From the NCBI GenBank assembly GCA_016939335.1, contig JAFGHC010000033.1, forward strand, positions 1 through 53,716: a DNA stretch of 53,716 bases, in the 5' to 3' direction. The translations under genes and the position numbers were made by a program. The DNA comes from Candidatus Saganbacteria bacterium (lineage in GTDB: Bacteria > Margulisbacteria > WOR-1 > O2-12-FULL-45-9 > XYB2-FULL-48-7). The notes beneath the pieces were generated by a model, which was given only the letters and a program-made list of their open reading frames with translations, ran no database searches and was not told the origin of the DNA. Positions 36,457-45,500 of this stretch are shown in pieces. Each line of letters begins with the position of its first letter. Position 1 is the first letter of the stretch.

Positions 36457-37368
36457 ATGAGCGTTGAAAGAAGCGGCAGAGTGGCCCCATTTTTGAGACA
36501 GCATGTCGGCCGGCCGGTTTTGAAGTTGGCCGATCGCGCCGGAGAAAAATTATTCGGTAACTACGTACAGAAAATTGGCGCGCGGAATGTCTTTGGCGGA
36601 GCAACCCCGGTTTTGGGTGAATTCCGCCCCAGGATCGAACCAAGGCCGGTCATCGCCAACATCATGATGATGGCTGACAATTCCCAAAATGGGGGCGGCG
36701 CCAACGGAGGCGGCAACGGGATTGGAACTCGTCCGAACGTTGAAGTTAAGCTGGAAGAATGGCTGAACAAAGCACTGCCCAAACCCAGCAAACTCCGCAC
36801 CGGCGTTATCATAGCCGGTTACGCGACTGGCTTTGCGATCGCCGGGACCGTCCTGGGCGGACTGCTTACCTTTGGGCCGCTTTATGCGGCGATCGGGCCC
36901 GTCGTCCACTACTTTGTTAAAAGAGGCGCCTTTAAGGCCAGGAATCTAGTTCGTAAATATATGGACGATCCGCGAACGAAAGAGGTGCTGGTCAAGCAGC
37001 TGGCCAGTATGGATGACGAGAAACCGGCGCTGGCCTTGTTCCCCAAAAAGCAGCGGGCGGAGCTGGAACCTCTGATCAAGGCCCAAAAAGCGGCTCAAAC
37101 GTCCGTGCTCGATAAATTGCTCTCGGCCGCCGGTTTAAAGGCTTTTAATGTTCCGGCGTTCCTTGAAACGGTCGACGCGCTGCGCGCCGCGGCCGTAGCG
37201 CAACAGTACCCCTTTCCTGCCAGCGAGCCGGACCGCCAGGCGATCATTTCTCTGCTTGAATTAGGCAAGCTCAAATTGGAGAGGAACGAACTGCCCGGGG
37301 CTCCGGCAGAGCTTGAGCAAACTCTCCGTGGCCTGCAGCGGATCGCCGATCGCGGGCCGTCGGTATAA
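36457..37368 (+). CDS. Hypothetical membrane protein (303 aa)
   Basis: AGGGAG RBS; Gly/Asn-rich linker and a hydrophobic hairpin (GVIIAGYATGFAIAGTVLGGLLTFGPLYAAIGPVV). Confidence 0.7.
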   Translation: MSVERSGRVAPFLRQHVGRPVLKLADRAGEKLFGNYVQKIGARNVFGGATPVLGEFRPRIEPRPVIANIMMMADNSQNGGGANGGGNGIGTRPNVEVKLEEWLNKALPKPSKLRTGVIIAGYATGFAIAGTVLGGLLTFGPLYAAIGPVVHYFVKRGAFKARNLVRKYMDDPRTKEVLVKQLASMDDEKPALALFPKKQRAELEPLIKAQKAAQTSVLDKLLSAAGLKAFNVPAFLETVDALRAAAVAQQYPFPASEPDRQAIISLLELGKLKLERNELPGAPAELEQTLRGLQRIADRGPSV

Positions 37369-37373
37369 CTCAA

Positions 37374-39275
37374 ATGCGAGCGGCAGGCGCAGGGACGCCA
37401 ATCGGTTTAAAGCAACGCAGGTGGCGGGCTGATTTTCGCGACCTGACGCCGGCCGCCACCGCGGCCACGGCGCAGCTTTCATTCATGGCGCTGAAGTGCG
37501 CCCTCGCCTCGATCAGGGCCGGCGAGATCACCTCCGCGGAAGGCCTGGAGTTCGTGGCCGAAACCCGCTCGTTCGTCAGTTCCCATCTGCGCCACTCCAA
37601 TGACACGATCAGAACGCTCGCCTCGGACGCTCTGCGGCGGATCAATCATGAACTTATCCAATCGATCACGGACCTGTCCACCAAGGTCAGTGACCGCTTC
37701 GATCTCAACCTCGACCTGTTAAAATCATTGGCCCGCGACAACCAGGCGGAGGGCAAAAAGGCGGCCCAGACGGCGCTGCGCTGGTTCGTCGAGAGAAAAA
37801 TGGTCGATCCGGCCGAAGTCAATGACCTCATGACCGACAATTTAACCCAGTCCAGGATCAACGAGATCATAGACCTCCCCCTGCCGCCGCCCTACTCTTT
37901 TGAGGGCGTGAGAGCGGTCATCGCCTTAAGGAAAGAGCTGAAGGCGCTCTCGGAGAGCGAAGCCGCCTATCGCGCGGAAAATGTGAGGGCCAAACAGGCG
38001 CAGCTTGACGGTTATATCAGCGGGGCCAGGGGAACGGCCAAACTGCCGGAAGAGGCCTTTATCGAAAAGACCTTATCCGTCGAGGTCAAAACCGACGGCG
38101 GCACCGTTTGGCACCAATACGAACTGGTCGGTTATCTGGGGAAGGATGGCGGCATGGGCCGTGTCTTTACCTCCCGCCGGCTGGGCGACGAAGTCGCGGG
38201 GCGCCTTTTTGTCATCAAGATACTGAAGCTGGACCAGCTCGAAGATATGGAAGCCCTTTTCCTGAAAGAAGGGGCCAGGATCACGGAACTCGAACACAAA
38301 GGGATCGTCAAGGGCTACGGCACCGGCCATGTCCTGGTGACCGAGGGCAAACCGCCGCAGCCTTTCATGGTCATGGAAAAACACCAGATGTCCCTCCAGC
38401 AAGCGCTCGATGATAACCTGCTAAATCCCGAGCAAAAATTATTCGTCCTCCGGGAAGTCATTGACGCTTTGCGCTACACCTGGGAGACCAGGCATTTCCT
38501 GCACCGCGATATCAAGCCGGACAACATCCTGCTTGATATTGACACCGACGGCCAGATCGTTGCCGTCAAAGTGGCCGACTTCGGTCTCTCCAAATCGCTG
38601 GACGAGATCGACAAGGATGGTCTGACCAAAACGGCGCGCGTGATGGGAACAGCCAGCTTTTTGGCCCCCGAAGTGGCGGAGATCACCAGCGCGAAGCGCG
38701 AAGGCGGCGCGCGCGAAGCCAAGTTGCGGGCGTCGGCCGAGAGGACCGACATCTACCAGCTGGGGAACCTGGCCTACCGCCTGGCGTTCAATTCCGCCCC
38801 GCCCCAGCGCGACTTCAGCGGGGATACCAATCTCTGGTGGAAATTCGCGTACGCGAAAGGCGCCGATCTCGCGCAATACACTCTGGTCAAGCCCGCGGAC
38901 GCGACCCATGTGACGAGCGCGATGTGGGATTTTATCCTCCGGACAATGGAGATCGATCCGGCCAGGCGGCTCCAGACCTGGGCCGCGGTCGCCGAAGCTG
39001 CCAGCAAAATAGATCTGCCGAAGCCGGAGGAAGAGGAACCGACTGAAGTGACCCCGCCGCCCCAACCGACCTTTGCGAGCGAAGACGAAGCGCTCAAGGC
39101 TTTGAGGGTCATGAGAGCGCATCTCTGGGGCGAAGCATCGCCGGACCGTGAAACGCTGGGGCACTATAATGCCGACCTCCTCGCGATGCTCGCCGGGCTT
39201 CCCCAGAGCCGCGACGTCGCCGATTGGGCCGCGCCCGCGCTGGCGCAGATCAATCTGTTGCTGGGGGGGGAATAA
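37374..39275 (+). CDS. Hanks-type Ser/Thr protein kinase, soluble, with a helical N-terminal region
   Basis: GKDGGMGRVF, VIKIL, FLKE, HRDIKPDN, VADFG, GTASFLAPE, DIYQLG, DPARR. Confidence 0.93.
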   Translation: MRAAGAGTPIGLKQRRWRADFRDLTPAATAATAQLSFMALKCALASIRAGEITSAEGLEFVAETRSFVSSHLRHSNDTIRTLASDALRRINHELIQSITDLSTKVSDRFDLNLDLLKSLARDNQAEGKKAAQTALRWFVERKMVDPAEVNDLMTDNLTQSRINEIIDLPLPPPYSFEGVRAVIALRKELKALSESEAAYRAENVRAKQAQLDGYISGARGTAKLPEEAFIEKTLSVEVKTDGGTVWHQYELVGYLGKDGGMGRVFTSRRLGDEVAGRLFVIKILKLDQLEDMEALFLKEGARITELEHKGIVKGYGTGHVLVTEGKPPQPFMVMEKHQMSLQQALDDNLLNPEQKLFVLREVIDALRYTWETRHFLHRDIKPDNILLDIDTDGQIVAVKVADFGLSKSLDEIDKDGLTKTARVMGTASFLAPEVAEITSAKREGGAREAKLRASAERTDIYQLGNLAYRLAFNSAPPQRDFSGDTNLWWKFAYAKGADLAQYTLVKPADATHVTSAMWDFILRTMEIDPARRLQTWAAVAEAASKIDLPKPEEEEPTEVTPPPQPTFASEDEALKALRVMRAHLWGEASPDRETLGHYNADLLAMLAGLPQSRDVADWAAPALAQINLLLGGE

Positions 39276-39281
39276 ATTTAT

Positions 39282-41351
39282 ATGCCACTCGCACTTGCTA
39301 ACATCAAATTGACGGATCTTCGATCGGCTTTCTCAACCATGGTCGGGGCCAGACCGACCAGAGCGATCTTGCGGCAAGCCAGCCAGGAACTATTGAAGCC
39401 GATCATCGAGAGAAGGGTCAGCGTCGCTGCGGAAGTCTTCAGGGAAGCCGCAACGTTAATGGGGCAACTCAACATACAACTCCTGAAACTGCCCGTTTCC
39501 TTTTCCCTGACCGGCGGCAAGGACGGCTCGATCGACGGCAAAAAACTCCTGGGCGACGGGCGGCTGGGCGGCCTGACCTGGAAGACGGACGCCCGGGACA
39601 ACAACGAAGACGGCATCCTGTTCGCCATCGATAAGGGTGCGGCGGAGGAAGAAAGCATCCTGTTCGGGATCGCCGACGGGATGGGTGGGCACGCGGCCGG
39701 CGAGGTGGCTTCCGAAGAAATTTTGCTGAATATCGCGGCGTCTTTCGACGACAACGCCGCCGGCTTTGATCTGCCGGCCGCGGCAGTCGCCGCCAACGAC
39801 GCTTTTATAGCGCTGAAAGCTTCCAGAGCGGAATTGGCGGGGGCCGGTGCCACCCTGGCCGCCGCGCTGATCAAATCGGACAAGGCCCAAATAATCCATG
39901 CCGGCGATACACGGTTCTACCGGTTGCGGGCCAGGACCGGCAGCAAACTGGAGATCCTCACCTGCGATGACAATCTGGCAGGTGTTATTATTAGGAAAGT
40001 TGATCAGAAGGCTTTTCCTTTAGCAGGGGAGGAGGCCCGCGCTTACTATGAAGAAATAAACACCGGGAGCAAGAAAAAGAACATAGTCACCCGTTCGGTC
40101 GGGATGGAAAAACTGAAAAAAGAGCATTTTTCCCCGATCCCTGTCGAACTCGAAGAGGGGGACCTGCTGATCGGGGCGAGCGACGGCTTGAATTTCCTCC
40201 CCTGGAATTATCTGGAAGAAATGATCGTCGCCAACCGTGACAAAGCCCCGGTGGAGATCGCCGAGGCGCTGAAAGCGGCGCTGGCCGGGCTGACCGGGGA
40301 CAACGTGACCGTCGGGGGCTACCGGCACGGCAAACCGCCGGCCGCGGAAAATGCTCCCGAGCCGCCCACCGACAAAAAAGTAAAAGGGGTCGCTGATGAA
40401 CCGACGACCACGATCTGGAACGCTTCGCCGGATGTCAAAGCGGCCTTCATCGAAGAGGCAACCCGGGTCCTGGAGCTGCCGGCGGAACTGCACGATCGTT
40501 TTGCCCAACTGCTCGAAGAGAATGTGGAGTTCCGGGAAATGGCGATGCGCGACGCCAAGCTCGCCCTCGAGCGGACCGAAGAGCGCGACGCGGCCCGCGA
40601 GGAGGTCCGCCGGGTATTGGCGCGGGTCAAAAAGCTCGAGGCGGCAAACTTGAGGCTGCAAGCCAGTCTGGCAAAAAGACCGTCCGCTTCAATGACGGCA
40701 GTGATCGATATGGGTTCGAACGTTAAGCAGCTCCTGGCCGAATGGCAGAAGATCAAGTCCGCCCTCGATGCCAACTTCGAAAGTTCGGTTTTTGCCGCAG
40801 CCGACAAAAAACTGGCCGGGCAACTGGCCGGTAAATACCAGGCCACGATCGATCAGGCGACCGCCGCGATCGATGCCAGGTTAAGGGCCGAGGATGCCGC
40901 CTACGCGGCAAGAAAATTGGAATTTTTGGAGCCGATCGAGCTCGGCATCACGATGACGGAGGGGCTCTTGCCGACCGCCAGGACGCCTCAAATTGAACAA
41001 ATGATCAGAGCCTCGATCACCGAACAACAGCGCGAAGCCGCCGGCATGGAAAAAGAATTGGCTGAAGAGCATCACAAGCTCGAAGCGGGCCTCGAGGCCG
41101 AAAAAGATGCCAGCCCCTTCCCCCGCTTAAGGAGCTATGCCGCCGAGAAGCAAGCAAGAGTGAAAGAAGCTGAAGCGATTCTTACCCAGCTGGCCGGCGA
41201 ACGGGCCGCGCTTGAAGAGCGGCTGGCTTCATTGAACGATAGATTGTCGTCGCTAAAAGCCACCGCCGCCGAAACGGCAGGTGCGGTTTCCGCGCTCGCC
41301 GGGCAGATCGCCCGCCGCGGCCAGTTAGACCTCACCTTTAAATCAAAATAA
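39282..41351 (+). CDS. PP2C/PPM-family Ser/Thr phosphatase with a C-terminal coiled coil
   Basis: RDNNED, IADGMGGHAAGEVAS, GAT, HAGDTR, ASDGL, DNVT; the last ~280 aa are heptad-rich. Confidence 0.9.
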   Translation: MPLALANIKLTDLRSAFSTMVGARPTRAILRQASQELLKPIIERRVSVAAEVFREAATLMGQLNIQLLKLPVSFSLTGGKDGSIDGKKLLGDGRLGGLTWKTDARDNNEDGILFAIDKGAAEEESILFGIADGMGGHAAGEVASEEILLNIAASFDDNAAGFDLPAAAVAANDAFIALKASRAELAGAGATLAAALIKSDKAQIIHAGDTRFYRLRARTGSKLEILTCDDNLAGVIIRKVDQKAFPLAGEEARAYYEEINTGSKKKNIVTRSVGMEKLKKEHFSPIPVELEEGDLLIGASDGLNFLPWNYLEEMIVANRDKAPVEIAEALKAALAGLTGDNVTVGGYRHGKPPAAENAPEPPTDKKVKGVADEPTTTIWNASPDVKAAFIEEATRVLELPAELHDRFAQLLEENVEFREMAMRDAKLALERTEERDAAREEVRRVLARVKKLEAANLRLQASLAKRPSASMTAVIDMGSNVKQLLAEWQKIKSALDANFESSVFAAADKKLAGQLAGKYQATIDQATAAIDARLRAEDAAYAARKLEFLEPIELGITMTEGLLPTARTPQIEQMIRASITEQQREAAGMEKELAEEHHKLEAGLEAEKDASPFPRLRSYAAEKQARVKEAEAILTQLAGERAALEERLASLNDRLSSLKATAAETAGAVSALAGQIARRGQLDLTFKSK

Positions 41352-41353
41352 AG

Positions 41354-41383
41354 TGAAATTTCCGGCCAGAGGTGTCGATAATT
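41354..41383 (+). promoter_or_regulatory. Sigma28-like promoter, copy 12
   Basis: TGAAATTT-CCGGCCAGAGGTGT-CGATAATT. Confidence 0.85.
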
Positions 41384-41444
41384 ATATAGAGGGGAAAAGA
41401 GCGCGTTTTAGCGACTATACCACCCCCGCAACCAGGAGGCAAAT

Positions 41445-42524
41445 ATGGACGGAATGAATTCAGTTTCTTCGAGCAAAGTGACTAATTTCTACAACCAGCC
41501 GAGCAACCGAGTGGAATGGGAGACAAAACCGGCGGTCGCGGAAGCGAAATCTAAACCTACCGCCAAAAGCCAGAACTTCCTGTCAAAGCTGTTTTTCACT
41601 CCGGTCCCTTCACCCGTCGCCTGCATGCCCTCGCCCACCAACAAGCCGACGCTGACCGAAACGCTCAAGCAAGACGGCGGCGAACTGCCGCTGACGCAGC
41701 CGACGGTCAAAGACAACGCCGGCCAGATCGATCCGGTAAAAGTTGACGCGCTCGTTCCCGGCGGCCAGGTCATGCCGCTTGACAGCGGCGCCATCGTTAT
41801 CGTCCCCCCGCCCCCGCCGGGGATCGACGGCGGTGATCCGACCCAGGGCGTGGTGATCCTGCCGACCAACGACGCCGGCGTCCCGCAAATACCCGAAGAC
41901 GTGTGGTTCCTCACCGGAACAGGCAAGCATTTTCAGGCGACCCCGGCAATCCCGCACAGCAGCTCGTTCCAGTTCGGCTCCGGCCTGCAAACCATTGACC
42001 TGGCAGTCAGGATCGGCCTCGACTCGACCCAGGTCCCGGGCATGCCGGCTGGCGGCTGTTTTGACGGGCTGGTCAGGATGAACCAGCTTAGCGCGGACGA
42101 CATCGCCAACGAGCTCCCCGGCTGCACGCTGCCCGGTTACACTTCCTTTGTCATCTGCCCCGGAACGCCCGGCACTGACTTGAAAGTTTACCTCGCCGAC
42201 TACACGCTTCAAGGCTACCGGCATCAGGACGGCCAGAGGATCCCACTTGCTCCGGCAACGGACACACTCTCCAATCGAGCCGATCTATACCTGGGTAAGG
42301 GGCTGCTGTTAGGCAGTGTCTGCGGCGCCTCTCCCAACCCCTATTACATTAATATACCCAAGGGATATAACAGTGACGGGACGCTTGATCTGGACGTCTC
42401 CCTTCACCTTTACGTTGAGGCCATGGGCAAGGACCCTAACGGCAACTTCACCTCGGCGTTGAGAACAAGCATCGTTGCCAGTCCTAACCCCAATAACACC
42501 GCGATCGACGGAGGGACCAAATGA
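41445..42524 (+). CDS. Hypothetical Pro/Cys-containing, probably extracytoplasmic protein
   Basis: AGGAGG RBS; KLFFTPVPSPVAC motif shared with the 31958 protein; ATGA-coupled to the next gene. Confidence 0.7.
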   Translation: MDGMNSVSSSKVTNFYNQPSNRVEWETKPAVAEAKSKPTAKSQNFLSKLFFTPVPSPVACMPSPTNKPTLTETLKQDGGELPLTQPTVKDNAGQIDPVKVDALVPGGQVMPLDSGAIVIVPPPPPGIDGGDPTQGVVILPTNDAGVPQIPEDVWFLTGTGKHFQATPAIPHSSSFQFGSGLQTIDLAVRIGLDSTQVPGMPAGGCFDGLVRMNQLSADDIANELPGCTLPGYTSFVICPGTPGTDLKVYLADYTLQGYRHQDGQRIPLAPATDTLSNRADLYLGKGLLLGSVCGASPNPYYINIPKGYNSDGTLDLDVSLHLYVEAMGKDPNGNFTSALRTSIVASPNPNNTAIDGGTK

Positions 42525-45500
42525 GAAGCAAGAAGTTAGAAGTGAGAAGTAAGAAATTCATAGCTTTGGTCATCGCCCTTTTAGGGCTGGTCGTTCTGGC
42601 CGGTGCGGCCCAGGCGATCACCACCGATGTGCCGGCCAACTCCGTCGTTAACCCGGTCAGCAACACTCTCTACGTCGTCAATAACGGCGCGCCGCGGATC
42701 GACGTTTACAAGGCGAGCGGCAACTGGACGAACAGCGGGACCACCCCGATCACTATCCCGGCCGGCTCCCAGTGCTACGGCCTGGCCGTTTCGGCCGACG
42801 GGACCAAGCTCTACGTCAGCCTCGCCGCCGGCTCTTTATCCAAGACCAGCGTTTACAGTTTGGACAGCAACGGCCTCCCCACCGGTTCCGTCGACCTGAC
42901 CAAGCCCGACGGCAGCGCCGTCTACTGGTCGAGTTCTTCCGCGCCGGGCGGCCTCGCGCTGGGCGGCGACAACAAACTCTTCGTCGCCGACCAGGGCGTC
43001 AGCTGGTTCCGCGTCTTTGACACCGCCAGCAATACCTGGCTGAAAAACGTGAACGTGATCGATCCCGGGACCGGACAGGGGGTAAACAACCTTTACTCGA
43101 TCGCGGTCACGCCGGGGACTACCTCATATAAGATCTACGTCGCCCGCCGGTCAAGTGCGGGCGCGATCTACGTTTACACCTACAACGCCGGAACGATCAG
43201 TTATCTTAGGACGATCACCGGGTTAACCTATCCGACTTACATGAAAGTGGTTAACGGCGAGTTGTTCGTGGCGGTCAACGGGACTAACGGGATCGATGTT
43301 CAGGTCTACAATACCAGCAACGATACTCTGGTCGGCAACGTGATGAGCGGCACCGTCGGCAGCTACGGCTGGACGGCGTTCGACGTCAGCGCCGACGGGG
43401 CCTGGCTCCTCTTCAAGAAGGCGGCCGACCCGAATGAAGCCAACAACTACGTCTACAAGATCATGGTCTCCGCCATCAGCGGCAACGTGACCGCCACCAA
43501 GGTCACGCAGATCGACAATATCATCAACCCGCCCAATCCCGGCAACGTGATCGCCTGCGACGGCCTGATGATCTCGACCACGCAAGCCAATGTCGGCCTG
43601 GCCAACAGCCCGAACGGCAATTTCCTGCAGATCTACAGCAACATCGTCGACCAAGCGCCCAACCCGCCGTCCAATCTCCAGCAGTACAAGCTCGACGGGG
43701 TCACCCCGATCGCCAAGGGAGGCGGCACCTACGAAAACGGGATCGTCTGCAAATTCACCGTTACCGACCCCGACAGCCCCACCATCATCCCCAGTGTTTT
43801 TTACGGCCCGGTCGGCGGGGTGGGAACGCGGGTGACCGGTCCGGCGGCCGCTTCGGGCAGCACCGTCTCGATCACGATCCCGGCCTCCGGCAGTCTCGCC
43901 GCGGGCGCGTATGAATGGTCGGCCCGGGCCGATGACGGCACCTACGTCAAGGATACCGCTTTCGGCGCCGACAGCGGCGCGGCCGACTTTGTGGTCAACA
44001 TCCCCGCGCCGACCGTTGCCTCTATCACACCGAACACCGGCGCCCAGAACACGCTGGTCACGATCGACAACCTCGCCGGGACCAATTTTGTCTCCGCCAC
44101 CACCGTCAAGCTGACCCGCGCGGGGCAGTCCGACATCACCGCGACCGGCGTCAACGCCGTGTCCGCAAACAAGATCACCTGCTCGTTCAACCTGTCCGGC
44201 GCGCAGCTCGGCGCCTGGAACGTCGTTGCCACCAATCCCGACGGCCAGTCGGGGACGCTGACCAACGGCTTTACGGTCACCGCCCAGGCGCCGATCATCA
44301 CCGGCATTACGCCGAACTCCGGCACGCAGGGAACAACTGTCGCCATCACCAATCTTTCCGGCCTTTATTTCGCCGCCGGCGCGGCCGTCAAGCTGGCCAA
44401 CGGCGGCAGCGTCATCAATATGTCGGGGATCAACGTCGTCAGCGCGACGCGGATCACCGGCTCGTTCGCCATCCCGGCCAGCGCCACGCCCGGCTACTGG
44501 GCCGTCGTCGTCACTAACCCCGACGGCCAGTCGTTCACCTATAGCGGCGGTTTTATTGTCAACGCCACCACCCCGGCGCCGGCCGTCAGCGGCCTGACGC
44601 CGAATTTCGGCGCCCAGGGCTCGACCGTCAGCATCACCAATTTGGCCGGGTCGGGCTTCGTTTCCGGGGCGACCGTCAAACTGACCAACGGGTCAAGCGT
44701 GATCAACGCGACCAACGTCACCGTGGCCAGTTCGATCAAGATCACCTGTTCGCTGGCCATCCCGGCGAGCGCTCCGGCCGGCTACTGGACCGCCGTCGTC
44801 ACTAACCCCGACGGCCAGACCGGCTCTTTGGCTGGCGCCTTCAACGTCACCGCCACGCCTCCGCCGGCGATCACCACCACCAGCCTCCCTAACGGGACCG
44901 TCGGCTCCGCCTACGGCCAGACGCTGGCGGCCAGCGGCGGCACCGCCCCTTACACCTGGTCGATCACCGCCGGCTCGCTGCCGGCCGGCCTCACGCTTAA
45001 CGCCGCGACCGGCACGATCGGCGGTGTGCCGACGACCGCCCAGACGGCCAACTTTACCGTCCAGGTAACCGACGCCGCCGGCCGGACCGCTTCCACAACT
45101 TTATCGCTGACGATCCTCGGCCTGCCGCCGGCGGTCTCCGGAATTACGCCGAACAGCGGCGCCCAGGGCGCCACCGTCAATATCACCAACCTGGCGGGGT
45201 CGAATTTCGTCCCCGGCGCCGCCGTCAAACTGACCAAAAACGGCAGCATGATCGCCGCGACCGGCGTCAGCGTGGTGTCGCCAGCCCAGATCACCTGTTC
45301 GCTCACTATACCGGCCGACGCCGTGATCGGTTACTGGAATGTCACCGTCACCAATCCCGACGGGCAGTCGGGCACCCTGGGCGGGCTCTTCAAAATCACC
45401 GCCAAGGTCTCTGCCCCGACGGTCACCGGCATCACACCGAACAGCACCAACGAGGGCTCGACCGTCAATATCACCAACCTGGCGGGAACTGGCTTTGTTA

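Noticed and set aside
36338..36643. 101-aa minus-strand ORF
   Set aside because: Overlaps a promoter and the start of the 36457 gene; no coding features.
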